Shown here piece by piece: positions 17,750 through 26,608 of a DNA stretch of 32,000 nt (the first letter of the stretch is position 1; every line of letters begins with the position of its first letter). The stretch spans positions 720,001 to 752,000 of the forward strand of contig OX638337.1 of NCBI GenBank assembly GCA_951812855.1. Reading direction: 5' to 3'. Under the pieces are notes generated by a model. That model made no database searches and was not told the origin of the DNA. It saw only the letters and a list, made by a program, of their open reading frames with translations. The translations under genes and the position numbers were made by a program. The stretch is from an uncultured Lentisphaeria bacterium (GTDB lineage: Bacteria; Verrucomicrobiota; Lentisphaeria; JABSQK01; JAJFLO01).

Positions 17750-18877
17750 TTAAAATAGTCGGTTCATCTTCCACATACCAAGTCCCAAAAAAAGCAGGCA
17801 CGGTGCTGCACCCGCAAATTCAGCAGGCAATAATTGATTCTTTCCTAAAACCAAAAAGAATTGTGACAGCAGATAATATGATGCCATTATACTTACTGCT
17901 GCAACAAAATTTTTCATATTACTACTCCGCCCCTGGGTAACGGCCATTGGAATCCCTAAAAATACAGCAATCATACACGATAATGGAGAAAATAGATTAA
18001 AGTATAAATGAGATTTTAAAACTGCTTGAGTACGTTGCGATATTTTCTGTTCTTCAGCTCGCAAAATTTTAAAGATATTAAGGATTGTAAAATCTTGTAA
18101 TGGCTTTAAACCAAAAGCAAATGACAGCTTTTGCGGACTCTCGTTTAAATTTGATGTTGTATAGGTTTGGTGATGTTCCGGTTCGCCTGTGAGCAGGTAT
18201 CCATCATCATCAAACCGTTTGAAAATGACATTTTCGAAGTGCCATTTCATTCCTGTAAAGCTTCCTCTTTCAGCATACATTTGCCAATCGATGCTGTTGT
18301 CATTTCTAAATTGGGTGATATTTATTTCATGACAGATACCCTTTGCATCAAAATCTCCAAAAAACCAGTCTCTATTTTTTTCTTTGTTTCGAAATGCCAA
18401 GTATGATTTCCCCTCACTCATTCGTTTGTTATAAGGATCAACAATATTTTGTTTTAGATGATTTGACAATTGCCTGCATGCAGGAATCAGGCATTCCGCA
18501 TTCACTAAATAAAATAATGATAGAAGTATAGCTGCAAAGGTTATTGGCAAACAGGATTGTGAGATAGATATACCCGATGCCCGAAATGCCGTCAACTCAT
18601 TATTTCGACAAAGATGACCGATAAAATACATCGTTGCCATAATGAGTGAGATCGGAAGAATATGGGCTATATTTTCGGGTTGCAGATATAAATAATATCG
18701 AAGGATGTCTATGATGCCGGCATCATTTTTTAGAAAATCTTCTAAATTATCAACAAGCGAGATAACAAGGAACAGGGTAAGAAAAGAGACAATGCAGGCA
18801 CCTAATACGATAAGAAATTCACCGCATACATATCGGAAGACCAAATTTGAATACCGTCTTGCGGGAATAGGAGACAT
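17750..18877 (-). CDS. LptF/LptG-family (YjgP/YjgQ) lipopolysaccharide export permease
   Basis: The architecture has N-terminal TM helices (FRYVCGEFLIVLGACIVSFLTLFLV...LRYYLYLQPENIAHILPISLIMATM), a central soluble domain and C-terminal TM helices. The start is placed at ATG 18877 (MSPIPARRYSNLVFRY) rather than at TTG 18898. Confidence 0.8.
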   Translation of the reverse strand: MSPIPARRYSNLVFRYVCGEFLIVLGACIVSFLTLFLVISLVDNLEDFLKNDAGIIDILRYYLYLQPENIAHILPISLIMATMYFIGHLCRNNELTAFRASGISISQSCLPITFAAILLSLFYLVNAECLIPACRQLSNHLKQNIVDPYNKRMSEGKSYLAFRNKEKNRDWFFGDFDAKGICHEINITQFRNDNSIDWQMYAERGSFTGMKWHFENVIFKRFDDDGYLLTGEPEHHQTYTTSNLNESPQKLSFAFGLKPLQDFTILNIFKILRAEEQKISQRTQAVLKSHLYFNLFSPLSCMIAVFLGIPMAVTQGRSSNMKNFVAAVSIMASYYLLSQFFLVLGKNQLLPAEFAGAAPCLLFLGLGMWKMNRLF

Positions 18878-19020
18878 TTGATTATTTTCGTTGCACAAAT
18901 TTCTAATCCCATTTCACAAATTAACAGACATTTTTCATTATAGAATTATAGTTTTATAATTTCCTGCCGTGAAACAGCTGTCTTAACAGCACAAATACCA
19001 CTGATAAAATCTTGTAAGGC

Positions 19021-19645
19021 TCATTTGCCTCGTAAAGAAAACGAGAATAGAAGCGTACTCCCAAAAAACAAGAGATAAGCGACACTAAAGACAAATGCCC
19101 GTCCCATTAAAACAGGTTTGTCATCGCTTCTTACACCCCTGACCAGCTGTCTGTGCCATAAAGCCCATAATTGTAGCATAATACATTAGTACAGGAAACA
19201 CGAAAATTAATGTTAGGATGATAAATGCCTGCTCTTCAGACATGCCATTTTGAATAAATGATGATGTTGCCACGAGCAGTTCGAATCCAATAATTCCCAG
19301 AATGACAGCATCCATAATCCAGGCTGCGGCTCTAACACCTACGGATGCAGGCATGTACTTAAATGCCCCGGCTTTCGATTGATTTTCTGAAGTGGGACTA
19401 ATCAGATCCGCAATTTTTCCTACTCCCGAACCTTCGCTCCTGCCTTGAAACTGAGCAGCGACTACATCTTCTAAAAAGGAAACTCTTGAGGCTTTACCCC
19501 ATTTCTGGATTAACGCATTACGAACTTCGCAATCCGCTGTAATTCTTCCTGCCTGTGTTCATTGAATTAAAGCCTCCTGCTCGACCGGGCCATATTCACT
19601 TCCATCGGCAGATCTCACCATGTATTTCATTCCACCAGCACCCAT
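19021..19645 (-). pseudogene. Decayed GYF_2-domain/RDD-family membrane protein gene (in-frame TGA plus frameshift)
   Basis: Minus-strand ATG at 19645 gives MGAGGMKYMVRSADGSEYGPVEQEALIQ. An in-frame TGA follows at 19559-19561. The same frame then continues without stops: TQAGRITADCEVRNALIQKWGKASRVSFLED...KYMPASVGVRAAAWIMDAVILGIIGF.... This is GYF_2-like followed by an RDD-like motif. That frame stops at 19121-19123, and the RDD-like tail (VRGVRSDDKPVLMGRAFVFSVAYLLFFG...) continues in another frame to TGA at 19021-19023. The track shows only a 77-aa piece. Confidence 0.7.
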
Positions 19646-19717
19646 GAGTCTCTAAATCCTTTCACAGTTCATATTGATTTGTTAAATTGTTAAATTAACA
19701 TACTTCGTTTTCCCTCT

Positions 19718-20428
19718 ATGATCAATTTTAATATGGCGAATTTCAAAATGTACTCGTTTAATGCCTTACAAATTATCAGAAGTCTTGATTCTCTGTTATT
19801 TACATTTGCTGTGATCGTTCTAATTATTATTCACCCGTCAATCGGTAAAAACGAGTTGGGACAATTAGATATTTTTTGTATTGTTCCCTGCAGTTTTATC
19901 GGTTGGGTCTGTTATCAATTTCCGCCTAAATTTAAAAATATTACACAATGGGGTCCAACAGTTTTTAATCTTCGATTTGTTGCAGTGACTTTAATTTTCC
20001 TGTCACCATTTGTTTTTTGGTGGGTTCTTACACCTAACAACGTTTATTTTTTTATAAATACCCAACTTGCAATATGCAGTGGAATCGCATTCCTTCTTTT
20101 TTTAACAAAGATCATTCTTGAGCTTGCACGGGTAACCGATGCAAAATCACTGGTGATTGAGGCTAAAATAGTAAAAACTGTTATATTTTATTTTAGTTTA
20201 GTTCCGTTTATTTCATTTACAGTTTCGTTGGTGTTGGACGACTATATTGCAGCAATTAATACCTATAATGATTTTTATTTCATTTTTACCCAATTTTCGC
20301 ACTGGTTTCAGTGGATTTTCACTCTTCCAATTATAATTTGCATGCATCTCATCTTTCGTATGAGAGTAATATTAACAAACAACTATTCAAAGGGAGAAAA
20401 TGAACACTCAACTGATTATCCCTCTTGA
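19718..20428 (+). CDS. Hypothetical polytopic membrane protein
   Basis: 236-aa ORF with several long hydrophobic segments and no recognisable family motif. It overlaps the pyrF start by 29 nt in the same orientation. Confidence 0.55.
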   Translation: MINFNMANFKMYSFNALQIIRSLDSLLFTFAVIVLIIIHPSIGKNELGQLDIFCIVPCSFIGWVCYQFPPKFKNITQWGPTVFNLRFVAVTLIFLSPFVFWWVLTPNNVYFFINTQLAICSGIAFLLFLTKIILELARVTDAKSLVIEAKIVKTVIFYFSLVPFISFTVSLVLDDYIAAINTYNDFYFIFTQFSHWFQWIFTLPIIICMHLIFRMRVILTNNYSKGENEHSTDYPS

Positions 20429-21098
20429 TTTTAAAGATATTGATCAAGCCAGAAATCTCGTTGAAGAACTGGGTGATCACGTATTGTGGTATAAAATTGG
20501 CAAACAAATGTTCACTAAATATGGTCCTCCTTTTGTTGAATACCTGAAATTTAAAAAGAAGAAAATATTCCTTGATTTAAAATTTCATGATATTCCAAAT
20601 ACCGTTGCGATGGCGGTAAATTCATCAATTGATTTAGAGGTAGATATGACAAATTTACATGCCGTCGGAGGTAGTGAAATGATGGCCGCTGCAGTTGATG
20701 CCAAACAGTCCCGAAAATCATCAATAATTTTAATTGCTGTAACGGTTTTAACCAGTATGAGTGAGTCAAATCTCAGTGAAATTGGATATCATGGAATTCA
20801 GATTTCTGATCAGGTAAAGAAATTATCGATTCTTACTAAAAACTCAGGTTTAGACGGCGTTGTCGCATCGGCCCGCGAACTACCATTTATTTCAGAGAAT
20901 TGCGGAAAAGAATTCATAAAAGTTATACCGGGTATTCGCCCCGGGGGGTTTGCAGACGATGATCAAAAGCGAGTAATGACTCCGGGAGAAGCAGCACTTC
21001 AGGGAGCACAGTTTATCGTTGTTGGACGGCCAATCACCCAATCAGAATCACCCAAAACAGTGGTTACATCAATACTTGATGAAATAAAAAATACGTAA
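20400..21098 (+). CDS. pyrF: Orotidine 5'-phosphate decarboxylase
   Basis: LIIPLDF, FLDLKFHDIPNTV and a VVGRPIT-type C-terminal motif (FIVVGRPITQS) are present. 232 aa. Confidence 0.9.
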   Translation: MNTQLIIPLDFKDIDQARNLVEELGDHVLWYKIGKQMFTKYGPPFVEYLKFKKKKIFLDLKFHDIPNTVAMAVNSSIDLEVDMTNLHAVGGSEMMAAAVDAKQSRKSSIILIAVTVLTSMSESNLSEIGYHGIQISDQVKKLSILTKNSGLDGVVASARELPFISENCGKEFIKVIPGIRPGGFADDDQKRVMTPGEAALQGAQFIVVGRPITQSESPKTVVTSILDEIKNT

Positions 21099-21107
21099 TC
21101 TTCACAA

Positions 21108-22220
21108 TCAGGTTTCTGACGTTTGAAATCCGAATTCCAGCGGTGCTTCAGGATCCATATTAAACTTTTTTATCTCCATTGCTAATATTCGGTAGATAAC
21201 CTTTACGCTGCCTAATACCGGAATAGCCAGAATCATTCCAAGCACCCCTCCCAATTGACCACCAAGCAGAACTCCTAATACGCAAAAAACTGGATGAATC
21301 TCTACTTGTTCCTTCATAACCAGCGGCAAGATCAGTACGTTATCCAGTAACTGGATGATTAGCACAACAGCGATAATCCCTAACATTGCAATAAAATCTG
21401 TCGTCGTAATTAATACGAGTAATACACCAATAATTGCTCCAATGATCGGTCCGATAATTCGGATTACATTCGTAACTGCAATAATAAAAGCAATGACAAA
21501 AGCCAGAACAACACTTAACGGAGAAATTAAACTGACACCCAATAACATTATGAATGAGATTACACCAAGAATTAAGTTTTCAATGACAATTCCGCGGAGA
21601 TAGCAGCCCAGCAAATCAATCGTTTTTTTCAAAATAAACAATCCGGGTTCAAATAATGAATTTGGCAGCATTTGAACTGTTTTTTTATAAAACTTATCAC
21701 CGTCTAATAGTGCAAAAATGAGTACAAAAAAGAAGATCATCAGAAATTGTCCAGTCTTTTTTGCAAATCCGCCAATAGATGTCAATAGAAATGTACTCTG
21801 CTCTGCGATCCATTGACTAAATTCTTTAATAATCTGTTCATTTTTCCAGGTTTTTCGTATTAGTCCAAATTGCCTTAACTGTCGAGAAATATCTTTTCCT
21901 GTCTTAATAAGTCTGGAATGAGCAATATCTTTATATTCATTGGGATTAGACAATACTCTAACTTCTTGATTTACCGCAGGGATAAGAGTCGACCCAATTT
22001 GAGTAATTAGCCCGACCATTGTTATAAATATCATGACGATCGTCATTGCTTTTGGAATGCCGATTTTCTGTGCAGACAAAACAATGGGATAGGTGATATA
22101 AGCTACAAGCAATGCTGAAAAGACAGGTGTTAACAAATTTCGGCCATTATAAATGACACCCACACCAATGACAGTTCCGACAACGATTAGAAAATTCCGA
22201 TAAAATTTATCCTCTCTCAT
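21108..22220 (-). CDS. AI-2E family transporter (PerM/UPF0118)
   Basis: 370-aa polytopic protein with the AI-2E-like layout. Motifs include LLVAYITYPIV near the N-terminus and VEIHPVFCVLGVLLGGQLGGVLGMILAIPV near the C-terminus. Its ATG (22220) overlaps the upstream gene by 14 nt. Confidence 0.8.
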   Translation of the reverse strand: MREDKFYRNFLIVVGTVIGVGVIYNGRNLLTPVFSALLVAYITYPIVLSAQKIGIPKAMTIVMIFITMVGLITQIGSTLIPAVNQEVRVLSNPNEYKDIAHSRLIKTGKDISRQLRQFGLIRKTWKNEQIIKEFSQWIAEQSTFLLTSIGGFAKKTGQFLMIFFFVLIFALLDGDKFYKKTVQMLPNSLFEPGLFILKKTIDLLGCYLRGIVIENLILGVISFIMLLGVSLISPLSVVLAFVIAFIIAVTNVIRIIGPIIGAIIGVLLVLITTTDFIAMLGIIAVVLIIQLLDNVLILPLVMKEQVEIHPVFCVLGVLLGGQLGGVLGMILAIPVLGSVKVIYRILAMEIKKFNMDPEAPLEFGFQTSET

Positions 22221-22767
22221 ATTTCTCTAACTTTACTCTGAGTTCATCGATTTCGTTTTTGGCACTCCTTAGCTTCTTGGTTGTTTTAATCAGGTTTTCA
22301 GAAATGGTATTTGTTATTCCTTTGAGGATATTCAACCCATCTTTAGGAAATTGATCACTCAGTGCATTGAGATCAAACGTTGACAATGTTAATAAAACAG
22401 TATCATTTTCAGCAGCCTTAGCGGTTGTGGTCCTATACGTAGAAGTGATAAGACTCATTTCACCAAATACAGCACCCTCTCTTACCTTTGTATAATTTAA
22501 TTTATCGTTATCACTTGTCCGTAAATATATATCTGCGGTTCCCTGCTTGACGATAAACAGACAAATACCCAAATTATCCTGCTTAAAAATTAATTCATCC
22601 TGATTATATCTCCGTTCAACCAATCGTGACATAATAAAAAGAAATGCCTCAGCACTTATTTCTTTAAATAAATAGTTTTTTCTTAAAAACAGGTAATTTT
22701 CATCCTCTGCCAAATCTCCCAATGCCTTATGGCTGGCACGTTTTATTAACTTTTCAATGATCTTCAT
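22207..22767 (-). CDS. Cyclic nucleotide-binding domain protein with C-terminal coiled coil and no DNA-binding domain
   Basis: The cNMP-binding beta-roll signature is present: FKQDNLGICLFIVKQGTADIYL...GAVFGEMSLITSTYRTTTAKAAENDTVLLTL. The C-terminal KKLRSAKNEIDELRVKLEKYERG looks like a coiled coil. 186 aa. Confidence 0.8.
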   Translation of the reverse strand: MKIIEKLIKRASHKALGDLAEDENYLFLRKNYLFKEISAEAFLFIMSRLVERRYNQDELIFKQDNLGICLFIVKQGTADIYLRTSDNDKLNYTKVREGAVFGEMSLITSTYRTTTAKAAENDTVLLTLSTFDLNALSDQFPKDGLNILKGITNTISENLIKTTKKLRSAKNEIDELRVKLEKYERG

Positions 22768-22896
22768 AGCTGAGTCTCTAGTCCTGGTTTGTTTATTAAC
22801 TCAATTGTTAAATACTATAAAATCGATTTCATTCACATTTTAAAGAATCTTATTGCCTTCAAAACACTTACGATACTGTAACTTAGTTAGTTTTAT

Positions 22897-24015
22897 ATGG
22901 TTATTCAAAAAATGAATTATAATTCCCTGTATGTCCATGTCCCATTTTGTGCCAAACGATGTGATTATTGTGCATTTTTTGTCATTGCCAAACCGGATCA
23001 CAGTTTAAGACAGCGTTATTTAACGCGTCTCCTGCAGGAGGTTCAAGACAGTAAGAAATTATTTGATCCTATGGATAATATTTATCTGGGCGGCGGAACG
23101 CCAACTCATTTTTCATTAAAAGAATTACAGACTTTTTTACATATACTGACAAAAAATATTCCAATGTCCGGGAATTGCGAATTTACGATTGAAGGCAACC
23201 CAACATGTTTTACAAAAGACAAAATAAAATTACTGTTGGACAACGGTGTCAATCGATTTTCCATTGGCGTACAGAGCTTTTCAAGTGTGACAAGACACAC
23301 TATTGGTCGAGCCGGAGAGATTGCCCGAATCGGTAAAGTCGTTGAAGCATTGCAGTTTCACTCGATAAAAAATTACAATCTTGATTTAATATACGCAGTT
23401 CCAAATCAATCCCTTAAACAACTCAGATTTGATTTAACAGAACTTATAACACTTTCTCCAGCACATATTTCTGCTTATTCTCTAATCATTAAAGAAAACA
23501 CCCCACTTGCAAAGAAAAACCATAAATACATCAGTGATGATATGTTCGTTGACATGTGGAAGCTTGTTGAAACCACTCTTAATGAAGAATGCGGAATTTT
23601 TCGCTATGAAATATCTAATTTCTCCAAACCTGCATATGAATGCAGGCATAATCTTAAGATCTGGAAAGGCGGACGTTTTTTCGGACTTGGACCGTCTGCA
23701 TCGTATTTTGACGGGACCTCACGGTGGACAAATCCAGCAAATTTCAATAAATGGACTAAGGGTAATGCAGCAAATGAGGATTTTTTAGATCGACCCGAAA
23801 GAGCAATTGAGATTTTACTGACAGGATTGAGACTATGCAGGGGTTGGGAACGTACGGAATTTAAGCTGCAAACTGGATTTGACTATGATGATTTACGAAA
23901 AAGGGAAATTGACCGTTGTGTCAGTGACGGATTAATACATAGAGAAAAAAATCATATCAGATTAACAGACCGAGGAATGCTTTTATCTGACTATGTTGAA
24001 CGTGAACTTTTGTAA
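22897..24015 (+). CDS. hemW: Radical SAM family haem chaperone HemW (HemN-like, oxygen-independent coproporphyrinogen oxidase family)
   Basis: LYVHVPFCAKRCDYCAF (CxxxCxxC radical SAM cluster), YLGGGTP and RFSIGVQSF are present. The 372-aa size fits HemW rather than HemN. Confidence 0.85.
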   Translation: MVIQKMNYNSLYVHVPFCAKRCDYCAFFVIAKPDHSLRQRYLTRLLQEVQDSKKLFDPMDNIYLGGGTPTHFSLKELQTFLHILTKNIPMSGNCEFTIEGNPTCFTKDKIKLLLDNGVNRFSIGVQSFSSVTRHTIGRAGEIARIGKVVEALQFHSIKNYNLDLIYAVPNQSLKQLRFDLTELITLSPAHISAYSLIIKENTPLAKKNHKYISDDMFVDMWKLVETTLNEECGIFRYEISNFSKPAYECRHNLKIWKGGRFFGLGPSASYFDGTSRWTNPANFNKWTKGNAANEDFLDRPERAIEILLTGLRLCRGWERTEFKLQTGFDYDDLRKREIDRCVSDGLIHREKNHIRLTDRGMLLSDYVERELL

Positions 24016-24046
24016 GTCATTTATTGAAAATGATATTGCAAACCGA

Positions 24047-24454
24047 TCACTTGCTCGTACCGGGATCTATAGGTGTTTGTCCATCTTCAGATATTGGAAC
24101 AGACTCAATATAACTGGCATCGGTTAATTTTTCAACAGCTTCTTTTTGTTCCGGTTCTTCTGCAAGTTCTGTTTCAGCCAGCACACTGTCAACCACGCTT
24201 GTATTTTTGTCTTTTAAGACGTTACCCTGGAGAACTGCAAGACTTAGCGTTAAAATAAAAAAGATAATTGAAAGTGCTATGGTTGTTTTAGTTAAAATAC
24301 TACTGGCATTTGATCCGAAAACTTCTTCTGTCTGACCACCTGCCAGGGCACCTAAACCACCGCCTGATTTACTTCTCTGTATAAGGATAACAGCAATTAA
24401 TAATAATGCTGTCATTACCTCTGCGGCCATTAGTATTGATAAGACAAGGTTCAT
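24047..24454 (-). CDS. secG: Preprotein translocase subunit SecG with an acidic C-terminal extension
   Basis: Two TM helices flank LIQRSKSGGGLGALAGG, the SecG signature. The ATG overlaps the tpiA stop (ATGA at 24451-24454). 135 aa. Confidence 0.85.
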   Translation of the reverse strand: MNLVLSILMAAEVMTALLLIAVILIQRSKSGGGLGALAGGQTEEVFGSNASSILTKTTIALSIIFFILTLSLAVLQGNVLKDKNTSVVDSVLAETELAEEPEQKEAVEKLTDASYIESVPISEDGQTPIDPGTSK

Positions 24455-25209
24455 TCTGCACTCCTGATTATTTTTACAAATTCACTGCAATCCAGACTGG
24501 CTCCACCAACCAGTGCTCCGTCAATATCCGGTTGAGAGAGCAAGTCATCCGCATTACTCGATTTTACAGACCCTCCATATTGTATCCGAATATTTTCACT
24601 AACGTTAGCACTATATTTTTCGTTAATCAAATTTCTAATAAAAGCATGGACTTCCTGAGCCTGATCAGGTGTTGCAGTAACACCGGTACCAATTGCCCAA
24701 ACGGGCTCATAGGCTATAACAACGTTGTCCATTTGATCAGCTGTAATACCATTTAAACTGTCATTTAATTGACGTGCTATAACCTTTTCAGTGATTCCAC
24801 TTTCCCGTTCACCTAACTTTTCTCCAATACAGACAATTGGTTTTATCAGTGTTGTCAACGTTGATTTCAGTCTCTTATTAACCGTTTCATCTGATTCACC
24901 AAAATATTGACGACGTTCACTATGTCCTAAAATAACATAATCAACAGGTATTTCGAGTAACATTGCCAGTGATATTTCGCCGGTAAATGCACCATTTCTG
25001 TCCCAGTGTACATTTTGGGCACCAACACCAACAATCGTATCCCGGGTTAAATTTACAGCGGTTTGAAGTGACGTAAATGTAGGACACAGAACAATATCAA
25101 CGTCACTGATCTCTGAGACATGTCCTTTAATCTCATTTATAAAACCTGATGTTTCAGCAATGGTATGGTTCATCTTCCAATTGCCGGCTATTATTTTTTT
25201 TCTTTTCAT
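24451..25209 (-). CDS. tpiA: Triosephosphate isomerase
   Basis: IAGNWKMN, ILGHSERR, AYEPVWAIGTG and YGGSV are canonical TIM motifs. 252 aa. Confidence 0.95.
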   Translation of the reverse strand: MKRKKIIAGNWKMNHTIAETSGFINEIKGHVSEISDVDIVLCPTFTSLQTAVNLTRDTIVGVGAQNVHWDRNGAFTGEISLAMLLEIPVDYVILGHSERRQYFGESDETVNKRLKSTLTTLIKPIVCIGEKLGERESGITEKVIARQLNDSLNGITADQMDNVVIAYEPVWAIGTGVTATPDQAQEVHAFIRNLINEKYSANVSENIRIQYGGSVKSSNADDLLSQPDIDGALVGGASLDCSEFVKIIRSAE

Positions 25210-25242
25210 TTTTAATTATACTTATTTAAGTAGGTTTTTTAG

Positions 25243-26457
25243 TTATTTATCATTTAAAGCAGCGACACCTGGTAATTCTTTCCCCTCAAGGAATTCCAGT
25301 GATGCCCCGCCACCAGTTGATACATGAGTCATATTTTCAAAAAGTCCAGCTTGTTTCACAGCACTGACTGAGTCACCTCCACCGATAATACTGACTGCGT
25401 CTGATGCTGCGACAGCGTTACAAACGGCAGTTGTTCCGTGGCTAAAGGGCTTCATTTCAAAACATCCCATTGGTCCGTTCCACAGAATCGTTTTTGCTTT
25501 TCTGATTTCCTCGCAAAACAACGCAATAGAATCTTTTCCAATATCTACCCCTTCCCATCCATCAGGAAAATCACCGCTTAATGTCTGAATATTTGCGTTT
25601 TCATCGAAATCATCAGCTATAACATTATCAATTGGCAGCAAAATCGTTTTTCCCAGTTTCTCTGCTGTATCCAAAGTTTCCAGGGCAATATCGATCAGGT
25701 CATTTTCCACAATCGATTTACCAATTTTGAATCCTTTCGCCTTTTTGAACGTATACGACATACCGCCACCGATGATTAAACTGTCTACTTTTTGAATTAG
25801 ACTCTTTAATAAATCTAATTTCCCTGAAATTTTAGCTCCACCAATAATCGCTGTAAATGGACGGTCCGGAGCTTCAATGGCATTACCGAGGAAAATCAAT
25901 TCTTTTTCCATTAGCAATCCGGCAACCGCTGCATCAATATATTTCGTAATAATTGAGGTAGAGGCATGTGCACGATGGGCAGTTCCAAAAGCATCATTTA
26001 CAAAGATATCTCCCAGATTTGCCAACTGCCTAGCCATATTCTCCTGTTTTAATATCTGATCTTTGCCATCACTGATTTTTGCAGTCTCTTCTGCATGAAA
26101 ACGAGTATTTTCAAGCATAACCACCTCACCCGGATTCATAGAATCCACAAGTAATTGGATATCACTTCCAATGCAATCCGGTGCCATTTTTACAGGTTTA
26201 TTCAGTAAAGAACCCAGATGCTCGGCGACAGGCTTTAAACTATATTTTTCTTCAAAACCATTCCCGCCCGGCCTTCCCAAATGGCTCATAAGTACAAGCG
26301 AGGTATCGTGCTTTAAACTATATTCTATTGATGGTATAGCAGCCAATATTCGTGTATCGTCCATTATCTCACCATTTTCAACAGGCACATTAAAATCAAC
26401 ACGCATAATAATTCGCTTATCTGCGAGATTAATATCTTTTATTGATTGTTTATTCAC
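25243..26457 (-). CDS. pgk: Phosphoglycerate kinase
   Basis: RVDFNVP, SHLGRP, FENTRF-like (LENTRFH), GGAKVS-like (GGAKISGK) and STGGGASLE motifs are present. The longest ORF starts at ATG 26505. GTG 26457, with AAGGA 7 nt upstream, gives the canonical N-terminal length (MNKQSIKDINLADKRIIMRVDFNVP), so it is preferred. The start is uncertain by 48 nt. Confidence 0.93.
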   Translation of the reverse strand: MNKQSIKDINLADKRIIMRVDFNVPVENGEIMDDTRILAAIPSIEYSLKHDTSLVLMSHLGRPGGNGFEEKYSLKPVAEHLGSLLNKPVKMAPDCIGSDIQLLVDSMNPGEVVMLENTRFHAEETAKISDGKDQILKQENMARQLANLGDIFVNDAFGTAHRAHASTSIITKYIDAAVAGLLMEKELIFLGNAIEAPDRPFTAIIGGAKISGKLDLLKSLIQKVDSLIIGGGMSYTFKKAKGFKIGKSIVENDLIDIALETLDTAEKLGKTILLPIDNVIADDFDENANIQTLSGDFPDGWEGVDIGKDSIALFCEEIRKAKTILWNGPMGCFEMKPFSHGTTAVCNAVAASDAVSIIGGGDSVSAVKQAGLFENMTHVSTGGGASLEFLEGKELPGVAALNDK

Positions 26458-26608
26458 AACATGATCCTTTAAGTTGATTTTTGGATTAATTCTGCCGCCA
26501 AACATATTTCATAAAATATGAAAAATGGGTACTATATTCCATTTTCCATGGAAAACTAAGTATACTTAGATATAAACATCCGAATACTTTTTAAAGGCTT
26601 AATACGCT

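Noticed and set aside
19559-19561. In-frame TGA inside a GYF_2 domain as evidence for UGA reassignment (genetic code 4 or 25)
   Set aside because: Several conserved genes end on TGA at the expected C-terminus (mrr, tsaB, aroQ, nhaA, tpiA). Reading through the tsaB TGA runs into another TGA about 10 codons later. Trp is encoded by TGG throughout. The standard code with a nonsense mutation is the simpler explanation.
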